Positions 40,760 to 52,350 of a DNA stretch of 64,000 nt are shown here, in pieces. This DNA is from Octopus vulgaris (Eukaryota): assembly GCA_951406725.2 (NCBI GenBank), contig OX597832.1:11904001-11968000 (forward strand), read 5' to 3'. The position numbers and the translations under genes were made by a program. Under the pieces are notes generated by a model that saw only the letters and a program-made list of their open reading frames with translations, made no database searches and had not been told where the DNA came from. Positions within the stretch are counted from its first letter, which is position 1. Every line of letters starts with the position of its first letter.

Positions 40760-41697
40760 CATTGGGTCATTCCATGATTAATGGTGTTTTTATATTTCTT
40801 GTATTTTTCAAAATTAAGATGATGAACAAAGTGCTCTTTTAATCCAAAGCGTACTGGCCTTCATTTTCGTTAATGCTCTTTGATCTTTCTAGGCGATTTG
40901 CCAGGCCCCTTTTCTAAAATTTACTTCTTCGCGACGAAAAATACTCCTCCAGTACTGTTTTGATCTCATTTACAGAATTCATATTTTTTCCCTACAAAAG
41001 ATTTTGAAGAAAGTGGAATAAATGACAATGAAATGGAGTAACGTCCGGCGAATATGGTGGGTGGCGCATCGTTTCCTATTCAATCTGCTCCAGTGTTTGG
41101 AATGCAATCCTCACTGTATGTAGCCGAGCATTCTCTGGTTGGAAGAACAACATTCGTCTTGAAACCAAAGATGGTTGTTTTTCTTCTAGCGCTGTCTTCT
41201 AGCGCTCAAACTACTCGCAGTAGATCTATTGTTTTCGCTTGGTTTGAGCATAAAAGTTTCAAGTGGACTAAACTTTTCACATCCCACCAAAGTGATAACA
41301 ATACCTTATGTGTGTGAAAACATTCTTTTGCCTGGAGTGCCGGTGTTTCTCCTTTCCCTGCTCTCTGTCTTCAGCGCTTGACATTTTTATAGAGAACCAA
41401 TTCCTCATCACCAGTCAATATTCGGTCCAAAAATGTTCATTCAAGAACATCGCAAACAGCAGAGAAGAGCACACATTCACTCTGCGTGAGATTCAACTCG
41501 GAACGATTGTGAGGAACCCATTGCCCAATTTGCCGACTTTTCAGATGTCATGCTAGGGTCGATGAATGGTTCAAAGACCAAATCCAAGCTCCTCAGCAAG
41601 TTCCTCAAAAATTAAGATGGAATTTTGTTCCACCAGGGTTTGCAGGACATCCTCGTCGAGCTCTACATATCTTTCAGGACGTGGCTCATCTCGGTAA
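40760..41697 (-). mobile_element. Decayed mariner transposon (5'-truncated)
   Basis: Minus-strand translation fragments: DEPRP..ELDEDVLQTLVEQN, WVPH, LTGDEELVLYKNVKR, KVLLSLWWDVK, ENARLHT, HPPYSPDVTP..CHLFHFLQNLL. The end abuts TA at 40758-40759. Confidence 0.9.
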
Positions 41698-41700
41698 CCA

Positions 41701-41762
41701 AGATAAAACTCCGAGTTTCGGATGCGAGGTGGAAATCTACCTCACCAACTCTTCAGTTATCC
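41701..41762 (-). ncRNA. Type I hammerhead ribozyme, canonical core
   Basis: Minus strand: GGATAA-CTGAAGA-G-TTG-GTGAGGT-(AGATTTCC)-ACCTCGC-ATC-C-GAAA-CTC-G-GAG-T-T|TTATCT. 6-bp stem I; GUU site. Confidence 0.8.
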
Positions 41763-42271
41763 GGCGATCGGGAAAAACGCTATGAAAAATGACCGTTATA
41801 CAAAGGGAAATTACTGTGTTATTGACCGCTGTTATGGTGATAAAGAGAAAATTATGAGTAGATTAGCAATTTTGTAAACATTACGCCATGAAATATATAT
41901 TGCCTTTCGTGTATGCTTAATATTATATACAATAAACCTTTCTCTTCCGTCAGAATAAAACTCATAAGTAGAACATGCTGCTGCTGCTAATATGAATAAT
42001 AATTTGAAATTTTGGCACATGGCCATCAAATTCGGCGTTGTGTTGATACTTACTTTACCGTCTCCGAAAGGATAAAAGACAAAGTTGACTTCGGCGCGAT
42101 TTGAACCCAGAACATAAAGACGTTCTACGTACAATGAGTTTTGAGACGGCTGGTGAACGATTCTGGCACCTCCCCAATAATAATGGTAGTTTTTATAGGA
42201 TTATTTGTATTGATAGATATACCGAGAATATTCTTGCAAATAGTACATTTTTCAATATATGTTTGTGATAG

Positions 42272-42820
42272 GGCGGTGGTGAACTGGTAGAATCGACAGC
42301 ACGCCGGGAGAAATGCTTCGCGATATTTCGTCTGTATTAACTATCAAAGGAAATAATTTCAATAATACTTAAATAATATTTATAAATGTGAATTTCAATA
42401 GGGCGGCAAGGAAACGAACTTCTCACACATTTCCTTGTCTTTCATTGTGGTTTGTCATTTGTGGCGGGATAGTTGTTCTGAGTTCAAATTCCGCCGAGGT
42501 CGACTTTGCATTTCATCCTTTCGGGATCGATTAAATAAGTACCAGTTACGCACTGGGTCGATGTAATCGACTTAATCCATTTGTCTGTTGTTGTTTGTCC
42601 CCTCTGTGTTTAGCCCCTTGTGGGTAGTAAAGAAATAGGTATTTCGTCTGCCGTTACGTTCTGAGTTCAAATTCTGCCGAGATCGATTTTGACTTTCATC
42701 CTTTCGGGATCGATAAATTAAGTACCAGTTACGCACTGGGGTCGATATAATCGACTTAATCCCTTTGTCTGCCCTTCTTTGTCCCCTCTTTGTTTAACTC
42801 CCTGCGGGCAACAGATAAAT
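42272..42820 (+). mobile_element. Family A SINE dimer interrupted by a ~133-bp insert (42342-42474)
   Basis: Head ...GATATTTCGTCTGTATTAAC | insert | GTTCTGAGTTCAAATTCCGCCGAGG, then a second body unit. Confidence 0.85.
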
Positions 42821-43074
42821 AAATATATATCGATCATATACTTATATATTATGGAACCAAAATTTGAAGTTCTTACCGTTGCAGTGATCTTTTTGTGAAA
42901 TATGTGCATTAAGAACTTATCCCGATATACCAACGAAATATTTATCTTTGACACTGACATAATGGCATTATCTATCATATTTTAATTATATTCAATTATT
43001 AATACTTCAGTTTGAATGTAGAGCGCACTCACAAATGAATGGGTTTTTTTCTCCATGTATGTATGTATTCATGG

Positions 43075-43113
<39 letters not shown>

Positions 43114-43707
43114 AGTGTATACATGTGTTCGTGTGTATGCATATTGTATTCGTCTTCTCTTCTTTTCCATTGTCGCCACAGCCTTATAATATACTGCTAT
43201 AATTAATATGAAGGTCTGAAACGAAATAAATTCTTTCAAAGCTCTCATGACGATTTTTACAGTAAAGAAAAACCAACTTCCGAATAGAAATGAAATTACG
43301 TGGGTTTTGTTTTTTCTCTTTTCGAATTTCCTTTGTGACAGATAATGAGAATATGCGAGCTAATGCTATTTATTTTGCACGTTTATCCAGTTTTCAGTTC
43401 TTATTACATTCTTATTTACTTCTGTTTTTATTATTTTCTTGATTAACTTATCAGATTTCACAATGTGTCATTGTATTATTTAATCACTTAAGACATTGTT
43501 TCTGTAAAAATATACGACGTCTTTGGTTGGCATGAACATCAAAAGTTTGAAGAATAGATCATTAACTAAAGGAAAAAAAAAAAAACAAAAAAAAACCAAA
43601 AGAACATCAACATGAAATATGATTTTTTTTTCTATCAGTCTCGTATCTTTCTTTCGCCCCAGGTCGGCCCTCATAGAACTGATTTATGATCAGAGACGTT
43701 TATATTC

Positions 43708-43869
43708 ATGTAGTTGTGTGGTAAGCAGCTTGGTTACCAACCACATGGTTCTAGGTTCAGCCCCACTGCGTGGCACCTTGGGCAATTGTCTTCTACTATA
43801 GCCTCGGGCCGAACAAAGACTTGTGATTGGATTTGGTACACGGAAACTGAACGAAGCCTGTCGTATATA

Positions 43870-43915
<46 letters not shown>

Positions 43916-44486
43916 ATCCAAACAAGAAAACACAAAAAAACACAACAGCGCGAGGACGTGGAACAATATATAGTATTATTGGACGCTCAGGAAAGAAGGA
44001 AAGAAAGAGAGTTTAACGTCTGTTTCGGGCAGAGCTCTTCGTCGGAAACATAGGAGAAGGAAAGATCCAGAGAAGGGAAGACAGAGGGAAAAAAATCGCC
44101 AACGGTACACACAAGGTCACATTTTGAAAGACCGGAAGGAGAAAGGGTGAAGAAAGATGTTTTCAAAGACAGGAAGGGTTTTCAAAGACAGAAGAGTAGT
44201 ATGGTCAAAGACAGCGGTATGTAGGAGGGGGAATGTGTGTGTAAGTGTGGATGTGTGCGTGCGCGGAGGTCTGCGTGTGTGTGTGTATGTGTGCAATGAT
44301 GACACGTGTGTGTGTGTGCGTGTGTGTGTGTATGTGTGTGTGGTTGTAGCTGTAAACAACAGGCTAGTAGCTGCCTAGTTTGTAAGAATAAGGAGTGATG
44401 TTTTTGCCCCTGCCACAGGTCAGTACATTGAAGTATCTGTGTGTGTGTGCGTGTATGTATATGTATCGTGTGTGTGTTTTGTTTAT

Positions 44487-44528
<42 letters not shown>

Positions 44529-44733
44529 ATCTTTGTGTGTCTGTGTTTGTCCCCCAACATCGCTTGACAACCGATGCTGTTGTGTTTTCGTCCCCGTAAC
44601 TTAGCGGTTCGGTCAAAGAGACCGATAGAATAAGTACTATGCTTACAAAGAGTAAGCCCTCGGGTCGATTTGCTCGACTAAAGGCGGTGCTCCAGCATGG
44701 CCACTGTCAAAGGACTGAAACAAGTAAAAGAGA
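43708..44733 (+). mobile_element. Family B SINE split at its internal (TA)n by an inserted element (~43911-44460)
   Basis: 5' half 43708-43864 and 3' domain 44540-44733 match the intact copy at 28072-28480. Confidence 0.8.
44011..44049 (-). ncRNA. Minimal hammerhead-like motif with variant core CCGACGA
   Basis: Minus strand: GTTT-CCGACGA-A-GAGC-TCT-GCCC-GAAA-C-AGAC-GTT|AAAC. One A-C mismatch in stem II. Confidence 0.6.
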
Positions 44734-45431
44734 GATAAAGGGTATGCATGAAATTGCATTAACTAATAAATTTGTTTCTGGAGATAAAGGATAATGCGAA
44801 GTAGACACGAGAGATACACTGACCAGTTTGATTCAAGCCAACAAAGAAGCTTCTCTAGGAAGCTGAAAATAACAGCTACATCTCATTTACACAACATTGT
44901 AGAGTGTTTTGTTGCTTTCGGAATTGTTCTCCTCAGCTCCTCCAGCTATTTGGAGCAGAAAACTTTGAAGTTACTACTATATGTGTATCAGCTGCGGCTG
45001 ATGTGAAGGTAGTAATGCAACATATGGTACATACTGTGCTGTGTAATACATGCATTACACATCAAGTCATACAGACGTTTGCTTTCAGCACATGACGTAC
45101 GTCACTGTTGCGTATTTGATTCGTTGTTTCGACATACTTCTTGTATATCTACAGAGACGTGACTCGTCTATATGACATCAACTGGTACTCAGGACATTCT
45201 CATAGTGTCCTGAGATTTTCATCTAGCGAAAGGAGAACAACGTCCAATGTCATTCTCATTGAGTCTGATATTTTGTCTCTTTTATTACGGGATTAGCTAT
45301 TACGCAGGGTTGTAAAGTAGTAACTCATCTTCTCTGTCCGTTCCACCCCAGTTTTAAGCAATTTAAAGTTACATAAAATCAAAGGAAATAATTTTAATAA
45401 TACTTAAATAATATTAGAAATATTGAATTTC

Positions 45432-45734
45432 TAAATGTCTCAACGAGACATGAGCGGTGGAGGAGCGATAGAGTGGTTGTATACAGTCAACATAACGTGA
45501 CAGTCCCGTAAAGGGAATTATACCACCGCTATTTAGCCCCAGGAAGCATCGGCGCTTCCTGTCGGATTTGACACATTTCCTGTGTCCTTATATTTGCGAA
45601 GGGGAGGCAAGCACCCCCACCAGCTAGGATTAGCACCTGAAGACATGCATGTTTCTGGGTCTTGCCCGTCATCAGTCCAGGGTAGTAAGTCCTGCTAGTT
45701 GAGATACTTGCCAAGCCCTCGCAAATATATATAT
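45432..45734 (-). mobile_element. ~300-bp non-coding HHR-bearing element flanked by a ~28-bp diverged direct repeat
   Basis: Flanks TTAAATAATATTAGAAATATTGAATTTC (45404-45431) and TTAAATAATATTTATAAATGTGAATTTC (45735-45762). The empty-site version is at 42343-42477. Confidence 0.7.
45589..45729 (-). ncRNA. Type I hammerhead ribozyme capping a ~140-nt rod-like hairpin
   Basis: Minus strand: CCTGGA-CTGATGA-C-GGG-CAAGA-CCC-A-GAAA-CATGCATG-TC|TTCAGG. Stem I extends through AGGA/TCCT, GGCAAGTATCTC/GGGGTGCTTGCC and TATATTTGCGAGGG/CCTTCGCAAATATA. Confidence 0.85.
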
Positions 45735-46974
45735 TTAAATAATATTTATAAATGTGAATTTCAGTAGGACCCCAAGGAAACGAAATTCTCACACATTTCC
45801 TTGTCTTTCATTGTGGTTTGTCATATGTGGAGGGATCGTTGTTTGCTAAGTTGCCCCTTAGTCTCCGACATAATGCAGTCATTACAGATTTTGTATTTCT
45901 TCATTGTAACAAAGCGGAGAATGGATGCTCTGGATCTTTCCAAGAAAAAGAACCCTCTGTTTCCATTTGATCACTCTCCCTGTCGGTCCTTCGAACCCAG
46001 GAAAAGATGTACACTTCGAATTATCCGCACTAGTAGTACACTGAAAAAAGCAATGCCCATGGCCTACTGTTACCATTGCACCCTGTACTGTTTTTCTTCT
46101 TCGATTTTCTATACTACTCTGATGGATAATTTCGCAAATGACCCACGATTTGTATATGTAGCAGCAGGATTTTTCTTTAGCATCCGAATAGCATTGTAAT
46201 ATTTCACTTATCATTCGTACGAGTTTGACTTCTATATTTGTTCTGTCTCAAGTCTCCTGTACACTTAAAAGGTACATAAGTGTAATAGGAATTCAGGAAA
46301 AGCAATCTGGTCAGTCTTATAGACAATATAATTGTACGTAGGCAAAGGTTGTCTCCAACTGATCTTTCGTGAGCATATGTTTAGATCCTGTAATTTTGCA
46401 AATCACAAATATATAAGTTTCTTATAAGTTTGTGATGACATCAGGTAACGTTTGTATCGCATAACAGTTGCTCTTTCAGCTGCGTTGTATGTGTTTAAGT
46501 TCCACCCACGACATAATTTGCAAAGGATAAACTTTCCTTTACGTGAAATGCTGACATAAAATATGACAAATCATTTTCTTTTTGTAACATTGGGAATATG
46601 AGATTTGTGGTTGTTAGTAAACACGTCGCTAGAATTTTCCGCATTAGGGTAATTTTTAAAAGAAAAGAGCAAAAATAATTTTTTATTATATAAAGATAAA
46701 GTTTTTACTGACTTTCTATATTTTAAACACCCGTGAATTACCTTAAACTTCAATACCTTATTTTAGATTTATGTGACCCCACAGCATAGCCAATTGTGGA
46801 TGAGTGTAGGCAAGAAAAAAAACAGACAAGACTTTTTCATTTCTTTTGAAGTCTACATACACAGATGTTCATGTTTATGTCTAAGAAATTTCATGAAGTT
46901 TCATTTGGTAATATATTAAAATCTGTAAAATCGATGACAAAAAAATGTGTGTTCAAGTCAGTACGTACGTATCA

Positions 46975-46991
46975 ACCTACTACTGTTGCTG

Positions 46992-47044
<53 letters not shown>

Positions 47045-47090
47045 GCTGCTACTACCACCACTACTACTACCACTGCTACTACTACTACTG

Positions 47091-47138
<48 letters not shown>

Positions 47139-47292
47139 TTACTACTACTACTACTACTACTACTACTACGACTAATAATGATAATAATAATTGTAATAAT
47201 AATAATAATAATAATGATCATAATGATGATGGTGATGATCAGAAGAAGAAAAGGAGAGGAAGGAGGAGGAGGAGAAGAAGAAGATCATGATG
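46975..47292. repeat. Compound trinucleotide repeat (CTA)n-(ATA)n-(GAT)n-(GAA/GGA)n
   Basis: Read directly; it accounts for the poly-T/poly-L/poly-Y/poly-S ORFs. Confidence 0.95.
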
Positions 47293-47849
47293 AATTGAAA
47301 CAAACAAAATGTGTGTATACGACCCTAAAATCACCAAAAATACTAATAATAGTATTAGCAAAAACGAAAAGAAACATAAAGATAATTATATACACACCAT
47401 CAAGATCAAAAAGGCAATAACAACAAAAACAACTATAATAATAATAATGATAATAATAATAATAATAAGACGAATAGTGATAACAATTATGTAAACAATG
47501 ATTATAATAATAATGCATAGCTGTATCTTGAATATCGAGGCTGAGATTATCCGGCGAAAATTTCAAGAATACAACCATTTTAAACTACATTAATGTAAGG
47601 AAGATTCAGTTGTTATATTTGTATTCGCAAGCGAATCCCCACCACAGCGTATTGCCAAACTGAATTACTTACATACGAGATAACTTTCATCCCTGTAAGA
47701 ACAAAATCATTATGGGTATTAAAAATTGCAGAGCTAAAAAAAAAAAAAAAATTTGTAGATAAATAATGTTTGTGATAAACAACAATAGCGCAGAAGTGTG
47801 GAACTCGGCCTCCAATAATCAATATATATATATATATATATATATATAT

Positions 47850-47899
<50 letters not shown>

Positions 47900-47905
47900 T
47901 GAGAA

Positions 47906-47942
<37 letters not shown>

Positions 47943-48224
47943 GCAGATAGAGATGTATTCATATATATATATACATAAATATATATACATATATATACAT
48001 ACGTATTTATAAATATATATATATATATACACATACACACACACACATATATATATATATGCAGAAATATCTACATTCATATATAGCTATACTTTTATAC
48101 ATATGTAAATATAAGTATATATATATATATATATATATATGCATGTATTACATGTGTATATATATGTCTATATGATTATATATCTATACATATATGCACA
48201 TATATATATGTATACGTATGTATG

Positions 48225-48279
<55 letters not shown>

Positions 48280-49348
48280 ATTTGTGCGTGTGTGCGCGTG
48301 TATGTATGTACGTATATTGATGTAAAATGACAATGGAAAATATGTAAATGTGAAACGAAACAATGGATGCTAAAGAAGAACGAACTAAGAGCAGAGAAAT
48401 ATTGAATGATAACATTCCATTAACAATTAACAATAGTAGCAACAGAGAGACAGTATTTATAGGAAGAACAAGAAAAACTATTAGTCGTACTACGACGACA
48501 ACCATGACGATGGCAATGATGATAAGAACGGTAATAACAAATATATGATAATAAGCATGAATAATATTGCCATCAAAAATAATGTCTTTTAGTCTAAGTG
48601 GAGTGATGTTCGGGGAATTTATCGGCACGTTCTTTCCACTATTTCTTTTCTTGATTCTTTATATTTGTTTTAGTAAGACGAGATCAGACTTCTGGACCTT
48701 TACTCAATCAGCCTTCATTTCATGAATGAGAGAGATAGAGAAAGTGTGTGTGTGTGTTGATATTTCTTCCATGATTTCTTCACGGAGCAATATAGAGTTG
48801 TCGGTCGATTATGAATGGTTAGGTCAAAGAGAAAATGGAAAACTTACCGTGAAGTGTTAGTGCGTTGGCTTGTGTGTGTATGCGTGTGTGAGAAGGATAG
48901 ATAGATAGATAGATAGAGACGGGGAACGGATGAGAGAGGGAGAGAGAGAAAGGGGCAAAAGAGAGAAACGTATCCTAGAATTCATCCAGTAGTTTTATCA
49001 ATAAAAATTGACCGATTTAAGAATTGTTTTCCTCAAATTTTGAAATTACAACACAATTTTTGTTATTCTAACCATATAGAGAACCGGCCAATCAGGAGGC
49101 TTTTAGGGAACATTTTTTAGGGAATATTCAGGAGGCTTTTAGGGAAAAAGAATATGAAAAATTAAAGGGACGAAAGGGTGCGTGTATGTGATCAAGTTGT
49201 GAAAAATGATATACAGTATATACATAGTTTCAAATAAAATGTAAAAGTACGTACAAAGTTATTATACTAGCTGTCGAAGGTCTTTCATTAAGGGGATACC
49301 TTAGATAAAAGAGAAAAATATTTCTTATGCTTGAAGTAACTCGTAGAC

Positions 49349-49744
49349 TCAGAAACCTGGACGTTATCAAAGAAGCTTGAGAGGCGGTTGGATGGAACCT
49401 ACACTCTCCTCCTTATGAGAGCTCAAAATCTCTCGTGGAAGCCTCATCCAACCAAAATGCAAATATATGGGAAAATACCACCTGTATCATCTCTTGTGAA
49501 AGGTAGGAGAGTCCAGTTTGCTGGACATTGTTGTAGAGCTGAAAACGAGGTAATTTCTACTCTTCTCCTCTGGAAGCCATCTACTCGCGATGCCAGAGGA
49601 CGCAGACTCTCCTACCCTGATGTAATCTCCAGGGATACAGGCATCCAGCAACAGGACCTCCGTAATGCTAAGATGGACCGTGAAGTCTGGCGTAGCATGA
49701 TAAATTCCGTTGACTCGACCATGGTCGAACAATGATGATGATGG
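49349..49744 (+). mobile_element. 5'-truncated RTE/RTE-X-like LINE 3' end with (TGA)n tail and perfect 10-bp TSD
   Basis: Open frame SETWTLSKKLERRLDGTYT...RRVQFAGHC...LLWKP...MDREVWR*. Tail TGATGATGATG. ACTCGTAGAC at 49339-49348 and 49745-49754. Confidence 0.9.
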
Positions 49745-51113
49745 ACTCGTAGACACATATCTTTGCAGTGGGCACAATATATTGTACAGTACTTGTATCT
49801 TGGATCTGCTTTTCCGTAAATATTCTAGCAAGCAGCACTTTATTATCAATTCTTTGCCTTCTCCAGAAGAGTGTTACCATAAAGCGAAATGTTTATCTCC
49901 TCCAAGTGAATGCAAATATAGTATGTAAATATAAAATATAAAAAACCTTATTTTCAACGGCAAAGATTATTCCGTTAGCAATGAATTAGTGTATCTTTAG
50001 CATCAGATAAGGTTTCATTAGAGTTAAACATTGTTTTCTATATTATCTCAAACATTGTATCGTTAGTTGTATGGAATATACGCAGCCTTTTCAGGGAACA
50101 TAGGAATGGCATTAACCAAACAAATTTCATACGGTAAATCTCAAAACAACTGAACTCCATAACGCAGGTTGATATTACTTTCAAAGAGCGACCTCTAATG
50201 TTACTCGGTATATCAGGAAGTAATTTTAGACGTATCTACCCGTTTTCACAGGACGAAGGTGTCATATTATTATACTTTCTATGAACTCTGATGAGATCTG
50301 GAAAAATTATTTGTGTTTGAAAAATAATTCCCTGTTCTCTAATAAATTAACGTAATTCGTGCTCAAAATTACATTACCAACACAATTTATCGAATCTGAT
50401 AATGAAGAAGAACAGCACCGCAGGATTTAGTGTACAACGAATGAGATTGGAACACAAAATCCCTAAGACATATATGGTAGTATGCAAGTTCCATGTAATC
50501 TAGGATTAATTATGAAATTGGGAAACATCTATGAAATATTCGCTTTTACACCAATTAATTTGTTGCTTTGAAGATTCGTTTTAGCCAATTTCGAAGTAGG
50601 CAAATCCCTTCCATTTATGACATCTGATTTGCAATAATGGAGGTTAAGCATACATTAATAACTGAGCTCTTAAATTCCGTGGATATCTTTTATAGTTCTT
50701 AAACTCTACTTCAACGCATTCAATTGAACTACCGCTCATATATTCACGTATCAGTAACGAAGGCTACACATTTTTTAACAACCAAAATTTACTTCGTATC
50801 ACATATGCCACAGCGTCTTAACAAAAATAATGAGACAATATAAATAAACTAAGCATACATCGGATAATATAGTCATAGACAAAATGGGACAACGACTCTC
50901 AACCATTTTACTTTTGCGAAAACTTTGACATACATTCCATTTCTCAAGAACCAAGAACTCTAGAGAATAAATGAATCAAAACAGGTTTTGAAAGTTGCAG
51001 TAATGATAAACCACAAAACACCAGTGATTTTGTTTAAACTAAATCACTTTTTACATTATCCTAATTACAGCTTTTTCTTCTGTAAAATTCCCTCATTAGC
51101 AACAGATATCATA

Positions 51114-51501
51114 TCTCTCTATATATAAACGGCAGTTTGTCTGTCTGCGTGTCTGTGTGTCTGTTAGGTTGTACCCTCACCCTGACCACGGCTTTCAACC
51201 GATTCTGATGAAACTTGACACACACATAGCCCAATGTCATAATTCAAAACTAACGCAGCGAAAATTTTGAAAAGTTCCCCCAGTTCTGAAGAAAATCGAT
51301 AAATTCGACATGGGATCGAGAATCAGAAACACAAACCACAGACTGTCTAGGGGACGCAACTCGACCTTTTTAACTCTCAAAAAAATATTTACCATAATTT
51401 TTTTCCCATTTTTTTGCTATTTTTTGGCTATAACTCTCTAAAAATGCTTTATAGTTATTTCCCTTACAGACCCGAGCAACGCCCCCGGGCGATACTGCTA
51501 G
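51114..51501 (+). mobile_element. Non-autonomous Helitron
   Basis: A|TCTCTCTATATATAAA start, (GTCT)-rich block, 3' hairpin CCCG-AGCAACGCCCC-CGGG, then CTAG|T at 51498-51502; no TSD. Confidence 0.85.
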
Positions 51502-51996
51502 TTTATAACATACTGAGCGTATATAATAAATATTGAATATAGAATAAAGCACGAAAAATTTCTCACAAAAGCATTTGCATAAGATTAGTGTATTAATCAA
51601 TATTTTTCGAGGAACATTAATTTCGAGAAACTCCGCTAGTAAAATATAGCACTTGAGACACAGAATCTTCTATTAGAACTTCCGAAAGTTGCGCTTGTTA
51701 CAACGTGTATCCCCATCTTGTATATTTATATTTAATTTATTTGAGCGACTGATTAGATTGGGGCTATAGCAGAAGTCTTCTGTCCAGAGTGTCATACGGT
51801 GGAACTGAAAGCGAATTTCCTAGCCATTCAGCCATACCTGAGAAACAAAGGAATGAATATAATTGTAATACTTAAAATGCGATTGGTCACATAACTTCTC
51901 ATTTAGAATAAAATGAATTCGGGACTAAACAACAATAGCAACACATTTATTTTCAAAGCGCATTAAATTCTGGTACGGTGTGTGTATGTGTGTGTG

Positions 51997-52032
<36 letters not shown>

Positions 52033-52035
<3 letters not shown>

Positions 52036-52350
52036 AGGCACAATGGCCTAGTGGTTAGGGTAGCGGACTCGCGGTCGGAGGATCGTGGTTTCGATTCCCA
52101 TACCGGGCGTTGTGTGTGTTTATTGAGTGAAAACACTCAAAGCTCCACGATGCTCCGACAGGAGGTGGTGGCGACCCCTGTTGTACTCTTTCGCCCCAAC
52201 TTTCTCTCACTCTTTCTTCCTGTTTCTTGAGTAACGCTGCGATGGACTGGCGTCCCGTCCGGCTGGGGGGTGGGGCACATACGCCATAGAAACTGGGAAC
52301 CCGGGCCCATGAGCTTGGCTAGGCTTGAAAAGGGCGCATAAATAATAAAA
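52033..52350 (+). mobile_element. tRNA-derived SINE, family C
   Basis: A-box TGGCCTAGTGG, B-box-like GGTTTCGATTCCC, CTGCGATGGACTGGCGTCCCGTCC block (V/Meta-SINE-like) and A-rich tail; inserted in (TA)n. Confidence 0.8.

Noticed and set aside
45850-46250. Possible Tc1-like relic (KWKQRVLF on the minus strand)
   Set aside because: Only one weak motif; not enough support.
46865-47420. Poly-Thr / poly-Leu ORFs
   Set aside because: Trinucleotide repeat artefacts.
52035-52110. tRNA gene (also 54150-54222)
   Set aside because: Continues into SINE body and tail; the acceptor stem is not intact.
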